Positions 10,717-19,634 of a stretch of 64,000 bases of DNA are shown one piece after another. The DNA lies in contig DASSXV010000021.1 in NCBI GenBank assembly GCA_035703635.1, forward strand, positions 9,620 to 73,619, read 5' to 3'. Position 1 is the first letter of the stretch; every line of letters starts with the position of its first letter. The notes under the pieces are model-generated. The model had not been told where the DNA came from. It saw only the letters and a list, made by a program, of their open reading frames with translations, and did no database searches. Position numbers and translations under genes: made by a program. The stretch is from Trueperaceae bacterium (GTDB lineage Bacteria; Deinococcota; Deinococci; Deinococcales; Trueperaceae).

Positions 10717-12246
10717 ATGATCAGTGGAACCCGCAGGTGGAGTGGCCGAGCGGTATTCGTCGCGCTAGCCGCAGTGCTCCTGCTCACACCGGTGTGGGGA
10801 CAATCCGTCACCCAGCTGCGTGCCGAGGTTACGTCCAACCCCTCGAGCGTGGTCGCTTGGGTGGCGCTGGGCAACGCTTACTACGGACAAGGTGAGTTCG
10901 ACCTCGCCAAGGAGAGCTACCTGGAGGCCATCGCCCTCGACTACACCTCCGGTGACGCTCACTACGGCCTCGGCCTCGCCGAGTTCTCCCGCGGCGACTA
11001 TCAAGCCGCGCTCTTCGAGTTCACCGAGGTAACGCGCCTCTACCCAGAGCGCTTCGATGGGCAGTTCAACCGCGCCGTCACGCTAGCGCGCTTGCGGCGC
11101 CCAGCGGATTCGGCGCAGTCCTTCAAGGAGGCCATCGCGCAAGCGGCTCCGGAAGCTAGCCCAACCGACCGCGTCCAGGCGCAACTCGGCCTGGCAGCTC
11201 AGCTTGAGCTGAGCGACGATTGGGACGGCGCCGCCACGGCTTACGCCGCCGCGCTCGAGCTGGAGCCGAACAACTCCGACTACGTCATCCGGCGCGGCCA
11301 GGCGCTTTACCGCGCTGGCAAGGGCCTTGAAGCGCTGCCTGAACTAACGGCTCTCGAGTCCAACAGCGGTGATTACCGCGTCAGCGCGCTCATCTCTGAC
11401 ATCTACGTAGGTCAAGGCCAGATCGATTACGGCATCTGGTCGTTGGAGCGCGCCCTCCAGAAGGCGGAGAAGGCGGATGACGCGGCCGCGCAAGCGAGCA
11501 CGCTCGTCAAGCTCGGCACCCTGCAGAGCGGCCTCGGCCGCGACACGCAGGCGCGGGACTCGTTCGAGCGCGCTGTGCTCATCGACCCGTCTTCATGGGA
11601 AGCCCAGTACAACCTCGGTGCCGCGTACCTCGAGGGCGGCCAGACGCGAGAGGCGCTCACCGCGCTCCAGAACGCGCAACGCCTCGATCCGAACCGCGCT
11701 GAGGTATACCTCGCGCTCGCTACCGCTCACGACCAGCTCTCCAACAGCGCGGAGGCGCTGACCAGCGCCCGCGAGGCCATCGCGCGCCTGACGGACCCAG
11801 CACTCGTTACGGACGCGCGCTTCATCGCGGGTCGCGCCCTCTACCGCCAAGGCGACTTCGCTGACGCAGCCACCGACCTCCAGGCGGTGCTCGTAGAGCG
11901 CCCAAGCGACGCGCAAGTGCAACTCTGGGTCGGCCTGGCGGCCTACCAGCAGGCCGATTACCTCGGCGCCGTCCGCAGCTTCGAACGCGCGGTGCAGCTC
12001 AACCCAAGCAGCGTGGAGGCGCGCGTCAACCTCGGCGCCAGCTACCTCGCCGCTCAACGCTACGAGGACGCCGAGAAGGTCTACCAACTCCTCGTAGGTC
12101 AGAACGCGCAAGACCTGGAGAGCCTCTACAACCTCGGTTGGTCGCTTTACTCGCAAGACCGCCGCGGGGGCGCCCGCGACGCGTGGGTGAGCTCCTGCCA
12201 GCAGGGCTACCAGCCAGCCTGCAACGCTATTAGCACATACCTGTAA
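10717..12246 (+). CDS. Exported tetratricopeptide-repeat protein
   Basis: Signal peptide then many TPR repeats (AWVALGNAYY, AHYGLG, AQYNLGAAY, SLYNLGW); GGAGG SD. Confidence 0.9.
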   Translation: MISGTRRWSGRAVFVALAAVLLLTPVWGQSVTQLRAEVTSNPSSVVAWVALGNAYYGQGEFDLAKESYLEAIALDYTSGDAHYGLGLAEFSRGDYQAALFEFTEVTRLYPERFDGQFNRAVTLARLRRPADSAQSFKEAIAQAAPEASPTDRVQAQLGLAAQLELSDDWDGAATAYAAALELEPNNSDYVIRRGQALYRAGKGLEALPELTALESNSGDYRVSALISDIYVGQGQIDYGIWSLERALQKAEKADDAAAQASTLVKLGTLQSGLGRDTQARDSFERAVLIDPSSWEAQYNLGAAYLEGGQTREALTALQNAQRLDPNRAEVYLALATAHDQLSNSAEALTSAREAIARLTDPALVTDARFIAGRALYRQGDFADAATDLQAVLVERPSDAQVQLWVGLAAYQQADYLGAVRSFERAVQLNPSSVEARVNLGASYLAAQRYEDAEKVYQLLVGQNAQDLESLYNLGWSLYSQDRRGGARDAWVSSCQQGYQPACNAISTYL

Positions 12247-12251
12247 TGACC

Positions 12252-12296
12252 GGCGTGTTCGACCCGCGTGCTCTATGCGGGTCGAACACGCCTTTT
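12252..12296 (+). terminator. Intrinsic terminator after the TPR gene
   Basis: 16-bp stem GGCGTGTTCGACCCGC/GCGGGTCGAACACGCC followed by TTTT. Confidence 0.8.
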
Positions 12297-12339
12297 CGGG
12301 GGCGCTCGTGCCTCACCAAGCAAAGGTAGGATGGGATCC

Positions 12340-13446
12340 ATGGACTGGCTTCGACGCAACTGGCCCGATCTTCTAATCGGCGTGGCCCTCGTGGCCGTTA
12401 TCGCGGGCATCATCGCTACCTTGATCTCTGGTGGGTCGTTCTTCCCCGTCGGGCAGGGCGCGCGTAACGCGGGCGGAGCCAGCACGACTCAGAGTGCGCC
12501 CGTTATTCCGAACACGCCTGCCCAACCCGGTGCTGGCTTGCCAGACCCCGCCCAGCCGGGAGCCGCTGAACCAAGCGCCGTTGGCCAGCCAACCGAGCCA
12601 GCTGCCGCCTCCGAGCCAACGACGAACGCGCAAGCAGGTACCGCAGCCGCAACCCAAGAGCCTGCCGCGCCGACCACCAGCCAAGGCGGCGCGCCTATCG
12701 CCGTGCTCCCACCTAGCGGCGCCCCAACGCCGACTCCGGCAGGTCAGCCTGCCGCCACGCCGCAACAAGCTGCGCCTGCGGTCACGCCGGTGGCGCCAAG
12801 CGCGCCGGCCGCCACTGTCACGGCGCCGCCTGCGGCTCCGGCTAGCACCGCCGCGGCCGGCACTGCGGCCGCAACTGCGGCCGCGGACGAGAGCTCTTAC
12901 CGCGTGTCGGTCGGCGCCTTCGGCAACGCCGATAACGCGCAACGCCTGGCCAGCACCTTCCAAGCGGCCGGTTACCCGGTGCTGTTGGGGACGCAAGGCA
13001 ACCTCACGATCGTGCTCGTAGGGCCATACGAGACGGAAGAGCAAGCGCGCAGCGTGGCCGCCGCCATCGGCGCAGGCAACTTCGACGTAGTCGACCCAAC
13101 CGTTTACCGCTACGACCCAAGCGGCGCAGGCGCGGGCGCAGCTGGCCAGGCCACCCAGGCACCAGTCACTAGTGGCGCCGCAACGCCAGCCGCTGCCCAG
13201 GCGACGGCCCCAGCCGCCGCCCCTCAAGCAACTGCGGCCGCTGGTCGCTACCTGCAAGTCGGCGCGTACGGCAGCCGCGAGAGCGCCCTTCCACAGATCG
13301 AGCGCCTGAGCGGGCTCGGCTTCTCGGTGACAGAGCGCACGGAAGGCACCCTCCTCAAGTTGCTCGTCGGACCGTTCGAGGGCCAATCCCTCACTAGCGC
13401 CCAGGAGCGCCTGAAGGCAGCAGGCATCGAGAGCTTCGCCCGGTAA
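12340..13446 (+). CDS. Membrane-anchored protein with two SPOR peptidoglycan-binding domains
   Basis: N-terminal TM; Ala/Pro/Thr linker; YRVSVGAF...VLVGPY and YLQVGAY...LLVGPF; ATG 7 nt after TAGGAT. Confidence 0.88.
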   Translation: MDWLRRNWPDLLIGVALVAVIAGIIATLISGGSFFPVGQGARNAGGASTTQSAPVIPNTPAQPGAGLPDPAQPGAAEPSAVGQPTEPAAASEPTTNAQAGTAAATQEPAAPTTSQGGAPIAVLPPSGAPTPTPAGQPAATPQQAAPAVTPVAPSAPAATVTAPPAAPASTAAAGTAAATAAADESSYRVSVGAFGNADNAQRLASTFQAAGYPVLLGTQGNLTIVLVGPYETEEQARSVAAAIGAGNFDVVDPTVYRYDPSGAGAGAAGQATQAPVTSGAATPAAAQATAPAAAPQATAAAGRYLQVGAYGSRESALPQIERLSGLGFSVTERTEGTLLKLLVGPFEGQSLTSAQERLKAAGIESFAR

Positions 13447-14096
13447 TGAACAAAGACCTCCCGTCTGTGACGGTGAGCAGGCTCGTCGGTTACTTGAGGG
13501 TACTCACCGACTTGGAGGGGGAGGGGGTCGTTTACGCCACCTCTGAGCGCCTTGGCGGCGCCGCCCAAGTCTCCGCCCACCAAGTGCGCAAGGACCTGCT
13601 ACTCGCGCGAGTCACGTCTGGCACGCGCGGACGGGGTTACACGGTGGCCATCCTGCGCCGCGAGTTGAGCGGCACGCTCGGCCTAACCCGCAGGTGGCGG
13701 GTCGCCATCGTTGGCATGGGCCGCCTTGGCCAGGCCATCGCCGATTACCCGCACTACAAGGGCTTCAACTTCGAGCTCGTTTGCGCCTTCGACCGCGACC
13801 CCCACAAAGTAGGCAAGGTCATAGGCGGCCTACCAGTTCACCCCCTCGAGCAACTCACGTCACGCACGACCGAGTTGGCGTTAGACATCGCGTTCCTTAC
13901 GGTGCCGGTCTCAAGCGCGCAAGCGGCGACCGACCTGATCGTCGCGGCGGGCATTCGCGGCGTCCTCAACTTCGTGCCGACCGCCATCAGCGTGCCTGAG
14001 AACGTGCGCGTCGAGCCCGTCGACTTCCTTGCAGGCCTCAAGCGTCTGGCCTTCTACTTGCAGCCTCACGACGAGCAGCTCGCGCCAGCCAGCTAG
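13446..14096 (+). CDS. rex: Redox-sensing transcriptional repressor Rex
   Basis: SRLVGYLRVL; QVRKDL; GTRGRGY; GMGRLG Rossmann motif; GIRGVLNF; TAATG overlap with the SPOR gene. Confidence 0.93.
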   Translation: MNKDLPSVTVSRLVGYLRVLTDLEGEGVVYATSERLGGAAQVSAHQVRKDLLLARVTSGTRGRGYTVAILRRELSGTLGLTRRWRVAIVGMGRLGQAIADYPHYKGFNFELVCAFDRDPHKVGKVIGGLPVHPLEQLTSRTTELALDIAFLTVPVSSAQAATDLIVAAGIRGVLNFVPTAISVPENVRVEPVDFLAGLKRLAFYLQPHDEQLAPAS

Positions 14097-14102
14097 TGCG
14101 GT

Positions 14103-15083
14103 ATGGCACAAGCGGCTGCATATACTGACCTAGTGTTCGAGATCGTAACGCCCGAACTACGGCTGTTCGAAGAGCGCCTGGAGAGCGAGCTGCGCTCGTC
14201 CGTCGCGTTCATCGAGGCCATCGGCGCGGACCTGGCGCGTGCAGGCGGTAAGCGGCTGAGGCCAGGGGTGGCGTTTCTAACGGGCCGCCTCCTTGGCGCG
14301 CAGCCGGAGACAGCTATGCAGGTCGCGCTCGCGGTCGAGCTCTTCCACTCGGCCTCGCTGCTTCACGACGACCTTATCGACGACGCAGACACGCGCCGCG
14401 GCAGCGAGGCCGCCTTCCGGCGCTACGGGAACGTCGTCAGCGTCATGTCGGGAGACTTCATGCTCGCACGCGTCCTCGGGCTCCTCGCTCAGAGCGGCAG
14501 CGCGGCGTTCACCGCCCTGATGGCGCGCACCGCAGCGGACGTGTGCGAGGGCGAAGTACTCCAGTTCCAGGTCGCCACCTTGCAGGAATACTCGTGGGAG
14601 AACTACCGACGCATCATCGAGGGCAAGACGGCCGTGCTCCTTGCCGCCGCAAGCAAGGGCGTCGGGGTGCTGGCTGGGGCAACGGTCGACGAGCTTGCCG
14701 CGTTGCAGACGTTCGGCATGGCATACGGCCGGGCGTTCCAACTCCGCGACGACTACCTCGACCTCCTCGGCGACCCCGCCGTGCTAGGTAAGCCCGTCGG
14801 TGGCGACCTGCGCGAAGGCAAGGCGACTCACACGGTGCTTAGCCTCATCCTCGACCACGACTCGGAAGAGACCCGTACCATCCTGACGAGGCACGCAGCG
14901 CAAGGTGGCGACGTCGAGCGCGTGGCCGACCTGGCGCTGGCACTTGGGGCAGCAGAAGCCACGCGCCGCGAGATCGAAGCGCAAGCCGCCGAGGCGGTTG
15001 CGGCGCTCGACGCCTTCGCTCCGTCGGCGGAGCGCAGCGCCTTGATCGGTTTGGCTGAACACGAGGTTGCTCGGCTGCGCTGA
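14103..15083 (+). CDS. Polyprenyl diphosphate synthase (HepT/IspB-like)
   Basis: GGKRLRP; LLHDDLID; RRG; GKTA; FQLRDDYLD. Confidence 0.92.
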   Translation: MAQAAAYTDLVFEIVTPELRLFEERLESELRSSVAFIEAIGADLARAGGKRLRPGVAFLTGRLLGAQPETAMQVALAVELFHSASLLHDDLIDDADTRRGSEAAFRRYGNVVSVMSGDFMLARVLGLLAQSGSAAFTALMARTAADVCEGEVLQFQVATLQEYSWENYRRIIEGKTAVLLAAASKGVGVLAGATVDELAALQTFGMAYGRAFQLRDDYLDLLGDPAVLGKPVGGDLREGKATHTVLSLILDHDSEETRTILTRHAAQGGDVERVADLALALGAAEATRREIEAQAAEAVAALDAFAPSAERSALIGLAEHEVARLR

Positions 15084-15148
15084 ACGCGGCGACGGACAAG
15101 GGGTGTGACGAGTGCCGTAGCACGGCGACGCGCTACACTAGCCGCTAG

Positions 15149-17791
15149 ATGCCAGAAATCGATTCCGACCAGGTACTCAGCTTCTTCTTGGAGCACCCAG
15201 AACGTCCCTGGCACGTGCAAGACATCCAGCGCCGCTTCAAAGTCGAAGACCGGGCCGCACTGCGCCACCTGCTGGCGGAGCTAGCCGACGCTGGGCGCCT
15301 TATCCGCACGCGCCGTCGCACATACGGCCTGCCGCAAGAGATGAACATGGTTCTAGGCCGTCTCCAGGTCGCTTCCGGCGGCTACGGGTTCGTGATCCCG
15401 GACGCGGGAGGCAAGGACCTCTACGTGCCAGCCGATCGCCTCGGCGGCGCGTGGGACGGCGACCGCGTGATGGCGCGCCCGAACCCCATGAAAAGCGAAG
15501 ACGACCGGCCATCTGGCGAGGTCGTCCGGATCCTCGAGCGCGGCTACAAGCAAGTCGTTGGCACCCTCGAGTACGCCCGGGGTTACGCCATCTTGCGCCC
15601 CGACTCCGTGCGCTTGCAGAACAGGCTCCTCCTCACGCCAGAATCGGTTGGCAAGCTCGAGGGCGGCTCGCGCATCGTCGCCCGCATGGTGTGGCCAGAG
15701 GAGTCAGGCGAACGCGAACCGTTCGGCGAAGTCGTCGAGTTCTTGGGCATGGAGGACGACCCCGAAGTCGAGACGCGCGCCGTGATAGTCAAGTACGACC
15801 TCAAGTCTGAGTTCGACCCGGCCACGCTCGCGGAGGCCGCAGCGGTGCCGGACGAGGTCACGGCCGAGATGATGGCTGGCCGCACCGACTACCGCAAGGC
15901 CATTACCGTCACCATCGACGGGGAGGACGCCAAGGACTTCGACGACGCCATCAGCATCGAACGCCTCGACTCGGCTCGAGACGGCCTCTTGCGCATCGGC
16001 GTGCACATCGCGGACGTCAGTTATTACGTGGCCGAGGGCACGAGCCTCGACAAGGAAGCCGTCGAACGTGCCACCTCCGTCTACCTGCCGGGCCGCGTGC
16101 TGCCCATGCTGCCGGAAGAGCTGTCGAACGGCATCTGCTCGCTCGAGGAGGGCAAGGCGCGCCTCGCGCTCTCGCTGCTCATCGACATCGAGCGCAGCGG
16201 CGAGGTCAAGTCGTTCGAGTTCAAGGAGACGGTCATCCAGTCAGACGCGCGCCTCACCTACGGCGAGGTGCAAGCGTTCGGCAATGGCGGCCGCATGCCT
16301 GCAGGCAGGCGCAAGCTCGAGCGCGACCTGAAGGTGCTCCTCAACCTCACGCAGGAACTGCGCAAGGCGCGCATCGGGGCGGGCGCTCTCGACTTCAACT
16401 TCACGGAAGCGCGCGTCGAGGTTGACGATCAGGGCGCGCTGCACGTCACACCCGTGCGCAGCGATTCGGCAAGGCAGCTAGTCGAGGAGATGATGCTGCT
16501 TGCCAACCGGCTGGTGGCAGGCGAGCTCAGCCGCCGCGAGGTGCCAGCCCTCTACCGCGTGCACGAGGACCCGAGCGCGGAGAAGATCCAGATCCTGCAG
16601 AAGGCGCTCTCGCGCCTCGGCTACGTGCTCGACCTCGAGCACGCGAAGCCTCAAGACCTGCAAGCCATCTTGCGGCAGGCGGCAGGCAAGCCCGAAGCGC
16701 AGCTCGTCAACACCTTGCTCCTGCGCAGCCTCAAGCAGGCGCGTTACTCAAGCGAGGACCTCGGCCACTACGGCTTGGCGTTCGAGAGTTACTTGCATTT
16801 CACGAGCCCCATCCGCCGTTACCCGGACCTCGTCGTGCACCGCGTGGTTAGGGCGCTCCTGCAGCACCGGCTGTCGCCGACGCTCAAGGAGCGCATGAAG
16901 ACCGACTTCCCGGCGCTGGCCGAGCACGCTAGCGACCGCGAACGCGTCGCGGAGGAGGCGGAGCGCGACCTCACCCGTTACTTCCACGCGCGTTGGGCCA
17001 AGGAGCACGTCGGCGAGTCGTACACGGGCGTCGTCGTTGGCGTAACGAACTTCGGGGTGTTCCTCGAGCTCCCCAACGCCGTCGAGGGCCTGATGCACGT
17101 AAGCCACCTGGTCGACGATTACTACCTGTACATCGAGGACCAGCTCATGCTCATGGGTAAGCACTCGCGCAAGCGTTACCGCATGGGTGACCGAGTGGAG
17201 GTGAAGATCTTGGCCGCCAATCCAACGCAGAGGCAGATAGACCTCATTCCGGCAGACATGCCGATGCCGGAGGTTGAACCGGAGGAGAAGCAGGTAGACA
17301 CCCGCCCTCCCGGCAAGCTCAAGACGCCACAGCAGGGCGCGGCCGAGGGCGTCGTCACCGTCATCGCTGGGCGTGGACCGCGGAAGGCCGCCAAGCCTGG
17401 CGCTAAGAGCGCTGGGGGAGAGAAGCCGGCGCAGGGCGCAACGAAGGCCGCCGCTGGCAAGGGCGGCGACGCCAAGGTAGCCGCGGCGGCGAAGCCGGCG
17501 GGTAAGGGTGGAGCCGGCAAGCCAAGCGCGCCGAAGCCGCCAGCGAAGAAGGGCGCGACGAACGACGCCGCCGCCAACCGGTCCGCTGGCGCCCAACCGC
17601 CTGCCAACGCCCGCGCCGCGGCCCAGACGGCCGCGGAGAAGACCGCGGCTGGGCGCGCAGCGAAGGCCGCAGCAGACAAGGCAGCTCGTAGCGCCGCCGC
17701 CGCGGCCAGCGAGAAGGCCGCCGCAGCGGAGCCGGAGACGTCAGCCCCAGCGCCGCGAGCGAAGAAGCGCAAGGTGCTGCGCTTCGGTTGA
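15149..17791 (+). CDS. rnr: Ribonuclease R
   Basis: N-terminal HTH; cold-shock domains; TIDGEDAKDFDDA; HFTSPIRRYPD; S1 domain; basic Ala/Lys tail. Confidence 0.95.
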   Translation: MPEIDSDQVLSFFLEHPERPWHVQDIQRRFKVEDRAALRHLLAELADAGRLIRTRRRTYGLPQEMNMVLGRLQVASGGYGFVIPDAGGKDLYVPADRLGGAWDGDRVMARPNPMKSEDDRPSGEVVRILERGYKQVVGTLEYARGYAILRPDSVRLQNRLLLTPESVGKLEGGSRIVARMVWPEESGEREPFGEVVEFLGMEDDPEVETRAVIVKYDLKSEFDPATLAEAAAVPDEVTAEMMAGRTDYRKAITVTIDGEDAKDFDDAISIERLDSARDGLLRIGVHIADVSYYVAEGTSLDKEAVERATSVYLPGRVLPMLPEELSNGICSLEEGKARLALSLLIDIERSGEVKSFEFKETVIQSDARLTYGEVQAFGNGGRMPAGRRKLERDLKVLLNLTQELRKARIGAGALDFNFTEARVEVDDQGALHVTPVRSDSARQLVEEMMLLANRLVAGELSRREVPALYRVHEDPSAEKIQILQKALSRLGYVLDLEHAKPQDLQAILRQAAGKPEAQLVNTLLLRSLKQARYSSEDLGHYGLAFESYLHFTSPIRRYPDLVVHRVVRALLQHRLSPTLKERMKTDFPALAEHASDRERVAEEAERDLTRYFHARWAKEHVGESYTGVVVGVTNFGVFLELPNAVEGLMHVSHLVDDYYLYIEDQLMLMGKHSRKRYRMGDRVEVKILAANPTQRQIDLIPADMPMPEVEPEEKQVDTRPPGKLKTPQQGAAEGVVTVIAGRGPRKAAKPGAKSAGGEKPAQGATKAAAGKGGDAKVAAAAKPAGKGGAGKPSAPKPPAKKGATNDAAANRSAGAQPPANARAAAQTAAEKTAAGRAAKAAADKAARSAAAAASEKAAAAEPETSAPAPRAKKRKVLRFG

Positions 17792-17909
17792 AGTGCCCGG
17801 CATCTCGTCTGGTACACTTCGCCAACCACGACACCGCCGGCGCGCGCCTGCCTTTGCCGTAAAGCGCTGGCTCCCCGGTCGGGTGTAAGGGAACATAGGG
17901 AGAGACCGC

Positions 17910-19571
17910 ATGGCCAAGGCATACCGCTACCCGCTCACTCGTGTCTGCCTTCGCGGCGGCACCATGACCTTGCCGCTCGCCATGCTGCAGCTCTTCCCGG
18001 AAGACGGCCAGATCGTGGCCGTCGACAACGAAACGGGTGAGGAGTACGCGCTCGAACTTACGAGTCCACGCGTCCTGGCTGGACTCGGTGACTTGTACGC
18101 CGCCCACGACCTCGAGGTCAACGACGAGCTCCACGTCGCGCCGCTAGGCGGCGGGCGCTTCGGTTTCGACGTCGTCTCGCGCACCAAGCGCTCGGCCAGT
18201 ACGCAAGCTACGGCGCTCGTCGCCATCCTCGATGAGCTGGCCACGGCAGGCGTTCCCGCCACGGAGGCCGAGGTGCACGCTCTCTACCCGACCTTGCCAC
18301 TAGGCTTCGACGTCACCCCCTACTTGGCTGCCGACCCGCGCTTCGAGCTTCGCAACGGCCGCTGGCAGAGTGCGGCCGCGGAAGCGCCAGAAGTGGAGGA
18401 GGCGCCAGAGCCAGCGCGCCTCTCGGCCACGGTGACCGCCCAGGTGACTGAACTCGTCGAGGTCGCGGCCGGCGGTGCCGCGGTCACGGCAGCGTCTGAG
18501 GGAGCGGCTCAGGCCCAGTACGGCGCCGATCGGCCCGCGGCCGATACGCAACAACCGGCGCTGTGGGGCGCCGAGCGCGGTTCGGAGGTCTGGCAGGGTT
18601 TCGCCGCCAGCGCGGAACGCGGTACTGCTTATGCAGAAGCGGGTGCGTTGCCTCATGACAGGGCGTCAGCTCCTAGGCAAGTCCACGAGCGGCGCACCCC
18701 GGACCGTCAAGCGCCCGTCGGGGGCGGTGCGGAACGGGACGAGCGTGAACCGAACGGCGGCGACCTCGTCATCGTCGAGCTCGCTCAGCGGCTGCGCACG
18801 ATGCTGGAGCCGCTCGGCTTCCGCATCGTGCCCCTCGGCGGTGGCCAAGTGACGCTGGTCGCCGACCTCGGCCGCCGTAACTACCAGGTTCACGTGCAGC
18901 TCCTGCCGACCGGGGAGCGCCTCGACTGGGCGTCGTTGCTGGCTAAGCGCAGGAGCTCGACCGCGCGGTACTTGGCGGTCATCGGCGATCACCGCGACTT
19001 GTTGAGGCTCACCAGCCCGGCTGAGTTGGCCCGCGCCACCCTGTGGAGCTGGGAGGGGCTAGAGCGCCTGCGCGTCCTGCACGGCACGGTGCCAGTCAGC
19101 CCGATCGATTTGGAGTCGCACTTCGAGCGCGACGGCCTCTTCGAGTCCGGCCTGCAGCGCTTCGAGCAGGGGGTAGCTGCCCGCGTGGCGGAGCGTGGCG
19201 CCACCTCAGAAGTGCTCACGCGCCTAGCTAACTTGCGTGCACCGACCGTGTTCCTGCTCGAGGAGTTGGCGACGGACGCGGGCATGAGCCGCGAGTCCGT
19301 CTTGCGCATCCTCGAGCGCCTGGCTGAGGCGCCCTTCCACCTCGTTGCCCGCGTGGACCAGGGCGAGTTCCTGCTACGCATGCGCGTGGCCGACGCCTTG
19401 ACGAACATCGGGGCGTACGCTGCGTCGTTACGCGAGCGCTTGCCTGTCAGGAAACACGAGCGCCTTACGGGCCTAGACGACGATGTCGACGCCGCAACGA
19501 GTGACGGCGCCGCAGAGGTTGCGGAAGCCGACGCTGACGAAGCTGGTCTCGGCGGCGCACTCAAGGCCTGA
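17910..19571 (+). CDS. Multidomain hypothetical protein, possibly nucleic-acid binding
   Basis: 553-aa ORF with GGAG SD and host-like codon usage, followed by a terminator. Confidence 0.8.
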   Translation: MAKAYRYPLTRVCLRGGTMTLPLAMLQLFPEDGQIVAVDNETGEEYALELTSPRVLAGLGDLYAAHDLEVNDELHVAPLGGGRFGFDVVSRTKRSASTQATALVAILDELATAGVPATEAEVHALYPTLPLGFDVTPYLAADPRFELRNGRWQSAAAEAPEVEEAPEPARLSATVTAQVTELVEVAAGGAAVTAASEGAAQAQYGADRPAADTQQPALWGAERGSEVWQGFAASAERGTAYAEAGALPHDRASAPRQVHERRTPDRQAPVGGGAERDEREPNGGDLVIVELAQRLRTMLEPLGFRIVPLGGGQVTLVADLGRRNYQVHVQLLPTGERLDWASLLAKRRSSTARYLAVIGDHRDLLRLTSPAELARATLWSWEGLERLRVLHGTVPVSPIDLESHFERDGLFESGLQRFEQGVAARVAERGATSEVLTRLANLRAPTVFLLEELATDAGMSRESVLRILERLAEAPFHLVARVDQGEFLLRMRVADALTNIGAYAASLRERLPVRKHERLTGLDDDVDAATSDGAAEVAEADADEAGLGGALKA

Positions 19572-19585
19572 GCGGCCGAGTATCT

Positions 19586-19631
19586 GCGTGAGCGCCAGGA
19601 ATACCCCTGGCGCTCACGCTTTCTCGTTTTC
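19586..19631 (+). terminator. Intrinsic terminator
   Basis: 14-bp stem GCGTGAGCGCCAGG/CCTGGCGCTCACGC followed by TTTTCTCGTTTT. Confidence 0.85.
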
Positions 19632-19634
19632 AGG

